Assembly (NCBI GenBank): GCA_963790025.1
Contig: CAWBMP010000005.1
Coordinates: forward strand, 256,001-320,000
Direction of reading: 5' to 3'
Origin: Nitrospirota bacterium
GTDB lineage: Bacteria; Nitrospirota; Thermodesulfovibrionia; Thermodesulfovibrionales; Dissulfurispiraceae
DNA length: 64,000 nt
Shown here: positions 18,744-28,105 of the stretch, one piece after another
Layout: the number at the start of each line of letters is the position of its first letter
Position numbering within the stretch: position 1 is the stretch's first letter
Notes under the pieces: generated by a model
Told to the model about the DNA's origin: nothing
Database searches by the model: none
The model's input: only the letters and a program-made list of their open reading frames with translations
Position numbers and translations under genes: made by a program

Positions 18744-19949
18744 TTATTGTGGTACAGGGCAGCGTGGGATTTCTGCCTGCTCCTTTCTTACCGGCATATA
18801 CCACAGCCAGCCGTCCACTATCATCAGTATACCTGCAGCAATTAAAAAAGCGTCGATGGCTGTCAGAATGCTGAAGCCGAAATAGTGCATGAGACCCAAC
18901 CCCAGGCTGGCAAAGGAAACTCCGGTCCTGATAAAGGCGAGTCCGGTCCTCGCCCTGGCATATAAAGTACGATAGCATGCGGCAACTGTACGTTGTGCGG
19001 CCAGAACGTTTCTTTCCCGCGCAAGATGGGTCCGTTCCCTGCTGGAAGGCGACGGATACAAAATAGTGCAGTGATCCGCAAGAAAATCGCCGAGACGGGC
19101 AAGCATAGTCTGCCCTGCCGGCAGATGAGTTCCGGGTTGGTCAATAAAATGATAGTTCTCAAGAAACTGGATCGTTGCCGCCGTTACTTCGACAAGCGTC
19201 TGGTCTCCGGGCGGCTTCATCCTTGACTTCCTTATTTTCAAATAACCGGTCAACCCGAAAAGAGCAAGAAAAAACCCTCCGGCCATAACACCATATAAAT
19301 AAAAAACACGACTCGATTTAAAAGAACGAATCAGTATATCAGATACAGCAATAAGCCGCAATCCCCATCTGAGGAAAGAAAAGTCAGTCCTGGCCATTGC
19401 CAGGTCGGTCCTGTAGCACGCCAGCCGCGTCCTCCATTGCGCCATAGTATTGCGCCAAAATGCAAGTCCTGTCCTTTCGGTCCCGATAAGATAACCTGGT
19501 TTTTCATGCAGAAAGTCCTGGATGAACCATTGTATGTCCTCTCCAAGCGCCACCCAGAATTCATATTTTTCAGCTTTAATAAACTTTTTTACCTCATCAT
19601 GCACTGTGGGGTCTGACGGATTATTCGCAGCCACAACCACCGTATTGCCGTCTCTAATGATCGGAAACCACTGATTTATCGACAGTCGTTCACCATCCAA
19701 ACCTGCGAGCAGTTCCGGCGGTATCGGCATTCGCTCATCATATTCCACAAAAGGGCACTGGTAATAATTTGAAAGTGCCTGCAGCAGAATATGCTTTGGG
19801 ATGCGATACTCCGCGATAAGTACACTTTCCAGATCGATACCTCTGGCGGAAGCGGCACGCTCGGCTTCACAAAGTCTGTCCCGGGTCAGTACGCCCCAAC
19901 TGATCAGGTCATTAAACTTATTGGAAGCGATACTATCAACGCTCATCAT
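18744..19949 (-). CDS. GspE/MshE-N-like domain plus two DUF202-like repeats, membrane protein
   Basis: LISWGVLTRDRL...LESVLIAEY...CPFVEYDE; two ERTxLA...RTGLAFxRTG units, each followed by TM helices; start overlaps the upstream stop. Confidence 0.75.
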   Translation of the reverse strand: MMSVDSIASNKFNDLISWGVLTRDRLCEAERAASARGIDLESVLIAEYRIPKHILLQALSNYYQCPFVEYDERMPIPPELLAGLDGERLSINQWFPIIRDGNTVVVAANNPSDPTVHDEVKKFIKAEKYEFWVALGEDIQWFIQDFLHEKPGYLIGTERTGLAFWRNTMAQWRTRLACYRTDLAMARTDFSFLRWGLRLIAVSDILIRSFKSSRVFYLYGVMAGGFFLALFGLTGYLKIRKSRMKPPGDQTLVEVTAATIQFLENYHFIDQPGTHLPAGQTMLARLGDFLADHCTILYPSPSSRERTHLARERNVLAAQRTVAACYRTLYARARTGLAFIRTGVSFASLGLGLMHYFGFSILTAIDAFLIAAGILMIVDGWLWYMPVRKEQAEIPRCPVPQ

Positions 19950-21642
19950 TACTGAAGACCACCTTTTTCCACGAACGGGCCGGTATGCCGTAATCAGGGA
20001 TAATAAGCTCCATCTGTCCATAACAATACGGGTACTGCTTTCTTATTTTTTCTGCCGGAAAATGCCAGTAAAACCCATCGGCAATCAGTGTCAATCCAAC
20101 CACTATCAGCAACATGTTAAATATAGACCATGCAGCATTGCCCGCACCAAAGAAAACCATGAGTTCCATGCCGACGGCAGTTATGCCTACTCCTGTTCTG
20201 ATAAAAGCCAGTCCGGTCCTTGACCGTGCCATTACTGTCCGCAGTCGCGCCATCACATTTCTCCGGTCGGCGAGCATGGTCCTTTCGAGAGCAAGCCCTG
20301 TAGTAGCCCATATACCCGGTGCATGGGACGGCCTGACAGGCGGAACACACTTGTAATCCGAAGCGGGATGTTTTAACGCCGGAGGAAAAACAAAATCCCA
20401 AATAGTCTGTTTAGTCTGCGTATTCCTGACTGCATTAAAACTTATAGAACCGGCACGGCGGCCCGGGAGATACCAGTAAAAACCCTCTGCAGCCATGGCA
20501 ATACCGCTAATAATAAGAGCGACATCAAAGAAAGTCCACGGTCCTGGACGGAACTGACGCAATAACCCAATACCGAATCCTATAAAGGCAACACCTGTCC
20601 TCGAAAAAGCCAATCCGGTGCGCGCCCTTGCCATTTTTGTTCTGTAGCATGCCAGCACAGTCCTCTCCTCGGCAAAGTCCGTTCTATCGCTGGCAAGGAA
20701 CCTGCGTCTCATAACCGGGGAGAGGTTGTTCCAGTACGAACGCAGGACTGCCGCATCTTGCACATAGCCGGTACGTTCAAAGAGAGGATTGTCACCAGGA
20801 TTCACGACTTTAAGAACAGTGGTCCCCCATGTCGCTTCAGTACCTCCGAAATCATATAATTTTCTCCCTGATTTTCGGGTAGGGATATACCACCGCAGGC
20901 CGTCGACGGTCATAACCACGCCTGAAATGAACAGTGCCGCTTCAAATACCGTTAATAGCCCTATACCTAAAATTCTGAAAAGCACGATAGCGACCGCCAT
21001 AAAAGATATCCCGGTCCGGAGAAAGGCCAGTCCGGTCCTTCCTTTTGCCAGGGACGTTCTGGTACATGCCAGCAAAGAGCGCCTGTCCGCCAGAAATGTT
21101 CTCACTTTTGCAAGGGGCGTCCTGCCTGCCGCTGGGGGGAAATGAGGATTGACATCAAAGTTGTGTTCTATGATCCTTACAACGTCTGAAGGCAGAGCAA
21201 TAACGAAATGGATATTCTCAACTCGAAGTTTATCTTTAATGTCCTGAATTACATCAGGGTCGGAAGGATCATATACAATCACTTCGGCCTGCATTCCCCC
21301 GACGTAATAGGGAAACCAGAGTTTGCGTTTCAGGTCCTCCATATTCAGACGCATGGTAATAAAATAGGAAGACAAGCCGCTCTCATCATATTCTATAAAA
21401 GGGAAATCGAGATGCCTGGTGAATGCCATCCGGGAAGGTATCACAGTCTCGTCGTATTCGACAAAAGGACACATGTAAAATTCGGAAAGGCAGAACAATA
21501 TCTCGTGTTTGGGAACTCCCTTTTCAATCAAACATTCCTCAGGATACTTTCCCGCAGCAAATGAATCCCTTATGCAGTTATCCAGTTCATTTTCGGTGAG
21601 GATGCCTCTTCTTATAAGCCGTTCAAATTTATTGTTTAACAT
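19936..21642 (-). CDS. GspE/MshE-N-like domain plus three DUF202-like repeats, membrane protein
   Basis: RLIRRGILTENEL; three (D/E)R(T/S)xLA...RTGLAFxRTG units, each with a TM hairpin. Confidence 0.78.
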   Translation of the reverse strand: MLNNKFERLIRRGILTENELDNCIRDSFAAGKYPEECLIEKGVPKHEILFCLSEFYMCPFVEYDETVIPSRMAFTRHLDFPFIEYDESGLSSYFITMRLNMEDLKRKLWFPYYVGGMQAEVIVYDPSDPDVIQDIKDKLRVENIHFVIALPSDVVRIIEHNFDVNPHFPPAAGRTPLAKVRTFLADRRSLLACTRTSLAKGRTGLAFLRTGISFMAVAIVLFRILGIGLLTVFEAALFISGVVMTVDGLRWYIPTRKSGRKLYDFGGTEATWGTTVLKVVNPGDNPLFERTGYVQDAAVLRSYWNNLSPVMRRRFLASDRTDFAEERTVLACYRTKMARARTGLAFSRTGVAFIGFGIGLLRQFRPGPWTFFDVALIISGIAMAAEGFYWYLPGRRAGSISFNAVRNTQTKQTIWDFVFPPALKHPASDYKCVPPVRPSHAPGIWATTGLALERTMLADRRNVMARLRTVMARSRTGLAFIRTGVGITAVGMELMVFFGAGNAAWSIFNMLLIVVGLTLIADGFYWHFPAEKIRKQYPYCYGQMELIIPDYGIPARSWKKVVFSNDER

Positions 21643-21730
21643 AGTATATAAAGCCCAGAAACTTCATTATTATAAATTATAGCCATATTAATAATAAAAT
21701 TTTTTCTCTTCCGGGCAAGGCTCCATATTT

Positions 21731-23374
21731 TTAGCCGCTCTCATCGGTCCTGAACACCACCTTTTTCCATAAACGGGCCGGTTTGCCATAATCAGGTATT
21801 ATAAGTTCCATGTCTCCATAGCAGTAGGGGTACTGCTTTCTTATTTTCTCGGCTGGGATGTGCCAATAGAAACCATCAGCAATAAGAGCCAATCCAACCA
21901 CTATCAATAATATGTTGAATATCGTCCACGCGATATTGCCGGCACCGAAATAAACAAGGAGTTCCGTTCCTACCGCAGATACGCCTACCCCGGTTCTGAC
22001 CAGCGCCAGACCGGTCCTTGACCGGGTCATTACCGTTCGCAGCCTTAACATTACGTTTCTCCTGTCGGCAAGCATAGTCCTCTCAAGAGCAAGGCCCGTA
22101 GTAGCCCAGATCCCCGGCTCACTGGACGGCCTGACGTTCAGAACGCACTTGTAGTCAGAACCTGGTTGCTTTAGCGCATGAGGAAAGGCAAGGTCCCATA
22201 TATTCTGTTTACCCTCTGATTTGCGGACCGACTTGAAGCTCATCGAACCGGCACGGCGGCCCGGAAAATACCAGTAAAAGCCCTCTGCCGCCATTGCGAG
22301 GCCCACAGCGACAAGCGCTGCATCAAAAAAAGTCCAGGGACCGGGACGGAACTGGCGTAATAGCGCAATGCCGAACCCGATAAAGACAATTCCAGTCCTT
22401 GCAAATGCCAACCCTGTGCGCGCCCTCGCCATTGTTGTCCATAAGCACACGTGCGTCGTCCTTTCCTCGGCAAAATCGGTCCTGTCGCTCGAAAAAAACC
22501 TGCGCCGCATTACCGGAGACAGATTGTTCCATCGGGAACGCAACAACGCCGCACCTTCCACGTGACCTGTTCGTGTAAAAAGAGGGTCGTCACCGGGGTC
22601 CGTCATTTTAAGGACAGTAGTTCCCCAAGTCGGTTCAGTTGCAGTAAAATCAAAAACTCTTCTCCCTGTTTTTCGTGCGGGGATATACCATAAAAGGCCG
22701 TCATAAATCATGAGTATGCCCGAAATGAACAATGCCCCTTCAAAAAAAACCGAAAGCCCCATACCGAAAACCCTGAAAAGAACAACCGCGATGGCCATAA
22801 AAGCCATACCGGTGCGTATAAAGGCCAGTCCGGTCCTCCCTTTTGCCAGGGACGTCCTGGTACAAGTCATCAAAGAGCGCCTGTCAGCCAGAAATGTCCT
22901 CACTTTCGCCAGAGGCGTCCTGCCGGCTGAGAATGGGAAATGAGGATTCACATCAAAGTTGTGTTCGATAATCCGAATAAGGTCCGAAGGCAGAGCAACA
23001 ATAAAATTGACCTCCCGAACTCCAAGTGTGGCTTCGACATCCTCCATGACATCAGGGTCGAAAGGATGACACGCAATAACCTCGGCACGGCCTTTGCTGA
23101 CGGCGAGAGGAAACCAGAGATTTCGTTTGAGTTTCTCCATATTGAGACGCCTGGTGAGAAAAAAAGAGGCGATGACGCTCTCATCATATTCGACAAAAGG
23201 ACAACTATAGAACTCAGTCAGCGAGAACAATATCTCGTGTTTCGGGACACCCCTTTCAATCAGCCATTCTTCAAGAAGCCTACCTGCCGCTGCGGACTCT
23301 CTGATATTTTCATCCAATTCCTTTTCGGTGAGAATACCATTTTTTAAAAGTCTCTCGAATTTGTTTTTTAACAT
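21731..23374 (-). CDS. GspE/MshE-N-like domain plus three DUF202-like repeats, membrane protein (close paralog of 19936..21642)
   Basis: Colinear with and highly similar to the adjacent gene over its whole length. Confidence 0.78.
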   Translation of the reverse strand: MLKNKFERLLKNGILTEKELDENIRESAAAGRLLEEWLIERGVPKHEILFSLTEFYSCPFVEYDESVIASFFLTRRLNMEKLKRNLWFPLAVSKGRAEVIACHPFDPDVMEDVEATLGVREVNFIVALPSDLIRIIEHNFDVNPHFPFSAGRTPLAKVRTFLADRRSLMTCTRTSLAKGRTGLAFIRTGMAFMAIAVVLFRVFGMGLSVFFEGALFISGILMIYDGLLWYIPARKTGRRVFDFTATEPTWGTTVLKMTDPGDDPLFTRTGHVEGAALLRSRWNNLSPVMRRRFFSSDRTDFAEERTTHVCLWTTMARARTGLAFARTGIVFIGFGIALLRQFRPGPWTFFDAALVAVGLAMAAEGFYWYFPGRRAGSMSFKSVRKSEGKQNIWDLAFPHALKQPGSDYKCVLNVRPSSEPGIWATTGLALERTMLADRRNVMLRLRTVMTRSRTGLALVRTGVGVSAVGTELLVYFGAGNIAWTIFNILLIVVGLALIADGFYWHIPAEKIRKQYPYCYGDMELIIPDYGKPARLWKKVVFRTDESG

Positions 23375-23408
23375 AATAATTAATGATTAATGATAATTAA
23401 TGCGTCAG

Positions 23409-23436
23409 GCAGCGCGCGTTGAATGTCGCGCGCTGC
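23409..23436. repeat. GC-rich 10-bp inverted repeat in a divergent promoter region
   Basis: GCAGCGCGCG-ttgaatgt-CGCGCGCTGC, just upstream of TTGACA at 23442. Confidence 0.5.
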
Positions 23437-23512
23437 GGTACTTGACAACAACCTGTAATATGTTTTATACAAATTATATAGTTTAAGAGCTTAATAAAGA
23501 AAATTGATATAT

Positions 23513-23911
23513 ATGGATTTTAGCAAAAAACGTATTTTTTGTCTGCTTTTCCTCGCCTGCTTCATTATTTATGCGTTATCAACCGCTGTCTGTTATATTT
23601 ACAGCGGCAAGACCGTTGTACCTGTTCCCCTTCCCTGCAGTTTTGCCAGGAAGTTTGTCGGCCATGGGACCGTCAATCCGTTTGAAAAAAACAACCGCGG
23701 CGTTGACATTATTGTGCACATTGTGCGAACTCTTGTTCCGGAAGACAGCATTGCAAAATTATCGTATTTAAAAAAGACACCTGTGTCCAAAAGCTGTTTT
23801 TCGATGCGTTCAATGCAGTCTTCTTTTTATTCTGGAATTTCACCATTTGGGAAAGTCCCGGCCACCGGTTTCCGGTTCTTATGTTCGGGACTCTCTCCTC
23901 CATCAGTTTAG
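23513..23911 (+). CDS. Hypothetical protein with N-terminal signal/TM and C-terminal SGLSPP
   Basis: Basic then hydrophobic N-terminus; ORF lies between a putative promoter and the second degP. Confidence 0.5.
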   Translation: MDFSKKRIFCLLFLACFIIYALSTAVCYIYSGKTVVPVPLPCSFARKFVGHGTVNPFEKNNRGVDIIVHIVRTLVPEDSIAKLSYLKKTPVSKSCFSMRSMQSSFYSGISPFGKVPATGFRFLCSGLSPPSV

Positions 23912-24069
23912 TTTTCCTTTCGAAAACATTTATGCCTGCATAGTCTGATCCCCGAACGGAGTGGGATCGGTCTTTGCTCTTTCAGCGTTGAAAAAACGAC
24001 AATCCGTGTCCTTGTTGAAAGAAATGACACTGTCCGACTTTTCACATGGGCACTTAAAGAGGAGGTAAT

Positions 24070-25533
24070 ATGTGCAGATCAAAAAAAGATATGACTAAGA
24101 TGTGTCCGACTGTGCTTGTCGTATGGGCGACCGTTGCGGCGGTCCTGTGTTTTCAGGTGAATACATACGCGGACGGACCGGCAATATCGCGGCAATCCAT
24201 TGACTTGCTTTCGAGAGAGAGCCATGCCAGGGCGGAAGTGGCCGCTGCCGTGAAGCCCGCAGTTGTGAATGTCTCGACTACGAAGACCGTGAAATCGGGG
24301 CAGACGATCAATCCTTTTCTGAACGACCCATTCTTCAGACAGTTCTTCGGCAACGGGCCTTTCGAGCATCCAAAGGAGCACAAGCAGGCGAGTCTCGGCT
24401 CGGGCGTCATTGTGGATGCCGACGGATATATATTGACGAATAATCATGTGATAAAGGACGCTGACCAGATAAAAATAAAACTTGCGGATAAGCGGGAATT
24501 CAACGGCAGGGTCATAGGGACTGACCCTAAAACCGACCTTGCCGTGGTCAAGATTAATGCGACGCATCTTCCTTTCCTGAAGTGGGGTGACTCGGACAAA
24601 CTGGAGGTTGGCGATACCGTACTGGCAGTCGGCAATCCTTACGGTCTGAACCAGACGGTAACGTCCGGGATTGTCAGCGCGACGGGCAGGGCCAATGTCG
24701 GCATAGCTGATTACGAAGACTTCATACAGACAGACGCGCCTATTAATCCCGGGAATTCAGGGGGCGCTCTGGTCAATGTGAGGGGCGAACTCGTCGGGAT
24801 CAACACCGCCATATTCAGTACATCCGGCGGCTACCAGGGGATTGGATTTGCGATCCCGGGAAGCATGGCAAAAGTAGTGATGAGAGGTCTGATCAGGAAC
24901 GGAAAGATTGTCAGGGGATGGTTGGGTGTCTCCATTCAGGCTGTTACCCCTGAACTGGCCGGGCAGTTCGGACTTAAGGATGAAAAAGGCGCGCTCGTAG
25001 CTGATATTGCAGAGAAAAGCCCGGCAGAAATGGCTGGAATTAAGCGGGCGGACTTGATCATTAAATATGACGGGAAAGAGGTGAGCGACCCGTCGAACCT
25101 GAGAAATATGGTTGCAAGCACTCCCCCGAACAAAGACGTTGCGATACAGCTTATCCGGGCAGGCAAGGTCCTGACGGTGAGGGCCGTGATTCTTGAGATG
25201 CCGGCTGAGATGCAAAAACCCTTGCAGTCATCCTCTGCTGCGTCCAATAACGTTTTCAAAGGAGTCCAGGTACAGGATATCACGCCTGAATTAAGGAAGG
25301 AGCTTAATATCCCGAACCGGATAACCGGCGTAATCGTCTCGGACGCGCAAGAAGGAAGCCTTGCGGGAAATGTCCTGATGCGCAAAGATATCATCCTTGA
25401 AATCAACAGGAACAGGATAGAGAGCGTCAGGGATTACGAGGCAATGGCATCGAAGATCGAACACGGCCGGAATGTTCTCTTACTGGTTTACAGGAACGGG
25501 TCAACTTTTTATGTTGCCTTGCCTGCAAAATAA
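24070..25533 (+). CDS. DegP/HtrA (Do) family serine protease, second paralog
   Basis: TNNHV, DLAV, PGNSGGAL; two PDZ domains; GAGGAGG RBS. Confidence 0.95.
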   Translation: MCRSKKDMTKMCPTVLVVWATVAAVLCFQVNTYADGPAISRQSIDLLSRESHARAEVAAAVKPAVVNVSTTKTVKSGQTINPFLNDPFFRQFFGNGPFEHPKEHKQASLGSGVIVDADGYILTNNHVIKDADQIKIKLADKREFNGRVIGTDPKTDLAVVKINATHLPFLKWGDSDKLEVGDTVLAVGNPYGLNQTVTSGIVSATGRANVGIADYEDFIQTDAPINPGNSGGALVNVRGELVGINTAIFSTSGGYQGIGFAIPGSMAKVVMRGLIRNGKIVRGWLGVSIQAVTPELAGQFGLKDEKGALVADIAEKSPAEMAGIKRADLIIKYDGKEVSDPSNLRNMVASTPPNKDVAIQLIRAGKVLTVRAVILEMPAEMQKPLQSSSAASNNVFKGVQVQDITPELRKELNIPNRITGVIVSDAQEGSLAGNVLMRKDIILEINRNRIESVRDYEAMASKIEHGRNVLLLVYRNGSTFYVALPAK

Positions 25534-25576
25534 CATAGGATATTGCAGCACTTATCGTGTTTACGGCCCAAATCCT

Positions 25577-25610
25577 CCTCGCTCCTTTCCTCATTTAAGG
25601 GGGAGCGAGG
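25577..25610 (+). terminator. Hairpin downstream of the second degP
   Basis: CCTCGCTCC...GGAGCGAGG stem. Confidence 0.45.
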
Positions 25611-25704
25611 ATGGGTTGTGGATGAAGTTTTTTAAAAAGCGCGGTAAAATATATTAAGAAGTTGCGAATATTTGAAACGTATATATGTTTGAGGCTGCAA
25701 GATA

Positions 25705-27258
25705 ATGAAAGATAACTTTAGTTTTTTGCGGGCAAATCTTTCCTCAAGTCCGAACTTGAAATGGTTCATTTTATCAACCGTCCTGATGGGCGCTGCCATG
25801 TCGGCCCTGGATGTAAGCATCGTTAACATAGCAATGCCCACCCTGAAAACCACTTTTAACGTATCAATGGCGGTAATAGAGTGGATAGCTATCGCTTACA
25901 CGCTTGCGCTGACTGTTTTCCTGCCTCTGTTTGGCAGGCTGGCTGACATGTTCGGCAGGTCAAAACTCTATAACATCGGTTTTGTAGTCTTTTCAGCTGG
26001 TTCTTTACTCTGCGGAATGTCACCCACCGCGAGCTTTATGATAGCATCCCGGGTCATCCAGGCAATAGGGGCAGGACTTCTACAGGCCAACTCTGTTGCA
26101 CTTATCACGCATGCCTTTCCAGCCTACGAGCGGGGCAGGGCAATCGGCATTCAGGGAGCTGTTCAGGCAATTTCAATGGCTTTGGGTCCGTTTGTAGGGG
26201 GCATTCTGATAGCAACAGTGGGCTGGCGCGCCATTTTCTATATAAATATTCCGATTGGTTTGCTTGGTACCATGGCGGCCCTACTGGTCTTGCCTGCTGA
26301 CCAGCCGATCAAAGAGAAGCAGAAGATAGATTATCCGGGGGCCGTTTTTTTTGCCTCCGGGCTTGCTCTGCTGATGCTGGCTCTCAACGAGGCCGTCAGA
26401 CTTGGCTGGACCTCGCACACTATTATTACATACTTCTTTTCCGGCATCATTTTATTTTTCCTTTTCGTCATTACTGAGTTGAAGGTTGAGCAGCCGCTGA
26501 TCAATCTCGGTCTCTTCAGGCATCCCACTTTTCTCATAGGGAACCTGACAGGCATGCTGTCCTATTTCGTATTGTTCACCGTTTTGTTCCTGATGCCCTT
26601 TTATTTGGAAAAGGTATTGGGTTTCAACGCCGTTCTCACCGGCAGTCTGCTAACCCCTATTCCGCTTGCCATGATGGTGGTGGCCCCATTCTCCGGTCAT
26701 ATTTCCGATAAATATGGGCCGAGGATAATGACTACAACGGGGATGTTCATATCGGCCCTTGCCTGCCTGTCGCTTGTATTCACCGGGCAATCGGTCAGCA
26801 TGCCTCTGCTGATAGCCGAATTGATATGCCTCGGAATCGGAATAGGATTGTTCACGCCGTCGAACAACAGCGCCATAATGAGCTCGGCCCCTAAAGATAA
26901 ATGGGGTGTGGCCGGCGGTCTTCTGAACATGATGCGCTCCCTGGGACTTATCCTGGGAGTGAACATCTCCGGTCTCATATTTACCTCAATGGAGCACCGC
27001 TATCTGGCAGAAAAAGGATACCCTAACGTGCAGCACGTGTTCAGCAATAGCAGCATTCCTTTGCTGATTAAAGACAATGCCTTCATGCACGGTTTCATCT
27101 TCGTCATGGTAGTTCTTCTTCTCCTCAATCTCTTTTCGCTCTTCTTTGCGGCGACTAACAAGAACTGGGTTGTGCTCGTTCGGAAGCGGGCTGTGTTGCA
27201 AAGTAAAAGGGATAAGTGGAGGAGACATAAAACAGGCCGACCCGACATAGAGGAATAG
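25705..27258 (+). CDS. MFS transporter, DHA2/EmrB-like (14 TM)
   Basis: LDVSIVNIAMP, GRLADMFGR, WRAIFYINIPIG motifs. Confidence 0.92.
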   Translation: MKDNFSFLRANLSSSPNLKWFILSTVLMGAAMSALDVSIVNIAMPTLKTTFNVSMAVIEWIAIAYTLALTVFLPLFGRLADMFGRSKLYNIGFVVFSAGSLLCGMSPTASFMIASRVIQAIGAGLLQANSVALITHAFPAYERGRAIGIQGAVQAISMALGPFVGGILIATVGWRAIFYINIPIGLLGTMAALLVLPADQPIKEKQKIDYPGAVFFASGLALLMLALNEAVRLGWTSHTIITYFFSGIILFFLFVITELKVEQPLINLGLFRHPTFLIGNLTGMLSYFVLFTVLFLMPFYLEKVLGFNAVLTGSLLTPIPLAMMVVAPFSGHISDKYGPRIMTTTGMFISALACLSLVFTGQSVSMPLLIAELICLGIGIGLFTPSNNSAIMSSAPKDKWGVAGGLLNMMRSLGLILGVNISGLIFTSMEHRYLAEKGYPNVQHVFSNSSIPLLIKDNAFMHGFIFVMVVLLLLNLFSLFFAATNKNWVVLVRKRAVLQSKRDKWRRHKTGRPDIEE

Positions 27259-27374
27259 CCGGAAGAAAAGGCGCAGGCGTTCCGGTCCCGGAAAAATGAA
27301 AAGACGCAAGCGGTGTGGTAGAATGATCTGACACACCGGCAACTTTACACGGACACTTGAGTTTTAGGAATGCC

Positions 27375-28094
27375 ATGAAGATAGCATGCAGAACAGATAA
27401 AGGCAGAAAGCGCGAGATGAACCAGGATATGGTATTGGCAGACACGGAAAGAGGGCTGGTCCTTCTTGCCGACGGTATAGGGGGTTGCCATATTGGAGGT
27501 GAGGTGGCCAGTGAACTTGCAGTAAAAGAGGCCTATGCCTATCTCGAAGACAAGGTTGATCATACTCCATGTGAGACTGCAGACCCTGTGCTTCTTTCTG
27601 AAGCAGTTGTCCATGCACACAAGATTATACGGGAAAAAGCCCGGTCGGAAAAGGAATGCGCAGGCATGGGGACAACTCTTGTCATCCTGCTGATGAGGGG
27701 CAGAACGGCATACATCTGCCACGTCGGCGACAGCCGCGCTTATGTTATACGACAAAAAATATGTCAGATTACGGAGGACCAGACCTTCCAGAATTCCATT
27801 GATGAGGACCCGATAATCCGCAGTCTGTTCTTCCGGAAAAAGGCCCGTACACTTATGCAGGCAGTGGGGATATCGGGAGATCTGACTCCGGAATCGGTCC
27901 AGGTGGAACTCAAGTGTGGAGCTGTTCTTCTTCTCTGTTCCGACGGGCTTACGGATATGCTCTCCGATCAGGAGATTTTGGGGATCATTCACAGCAACAA
28001 CTTTGATCCCGACGCATCCGCGGACGCTCTTGTCTCTGAAGCAAATGAAAAGGGCGGTATTGACAACATCACCGTTGCACTGGTCTCGCTATAG
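27375..28094 (+). CDS. PP2C-family Ser/Thr protein phosphatase
   Basis: GRKREMNQD, ADGIGG, MGTT, HVGDSRAY, LCSDGL, GGIDNIT. Confidence 0.93.
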   Translation: MKIACRTDKGRKREMNQDMVLADTERGLVLLADGIGGCHIGGEVASELAVKEAYAYLEDKVDHTPCETADPVLLSEAVVHAHKIIREKARSEKECAGMGTTLVILLMRGRTAYICHVGDSRAYVIRQKICQITEDQTFQNSIDEDPIIRSLFFRKKARTLMQAVGISGDLTPESVQVELKCGAVLLLCSDGLTDMLSDQEILGIIHSNNFDPDASADALVSEANEKGGIDNITVALVSL

Positions 28095-28105
28095 GACAAG
28101 GTTGA

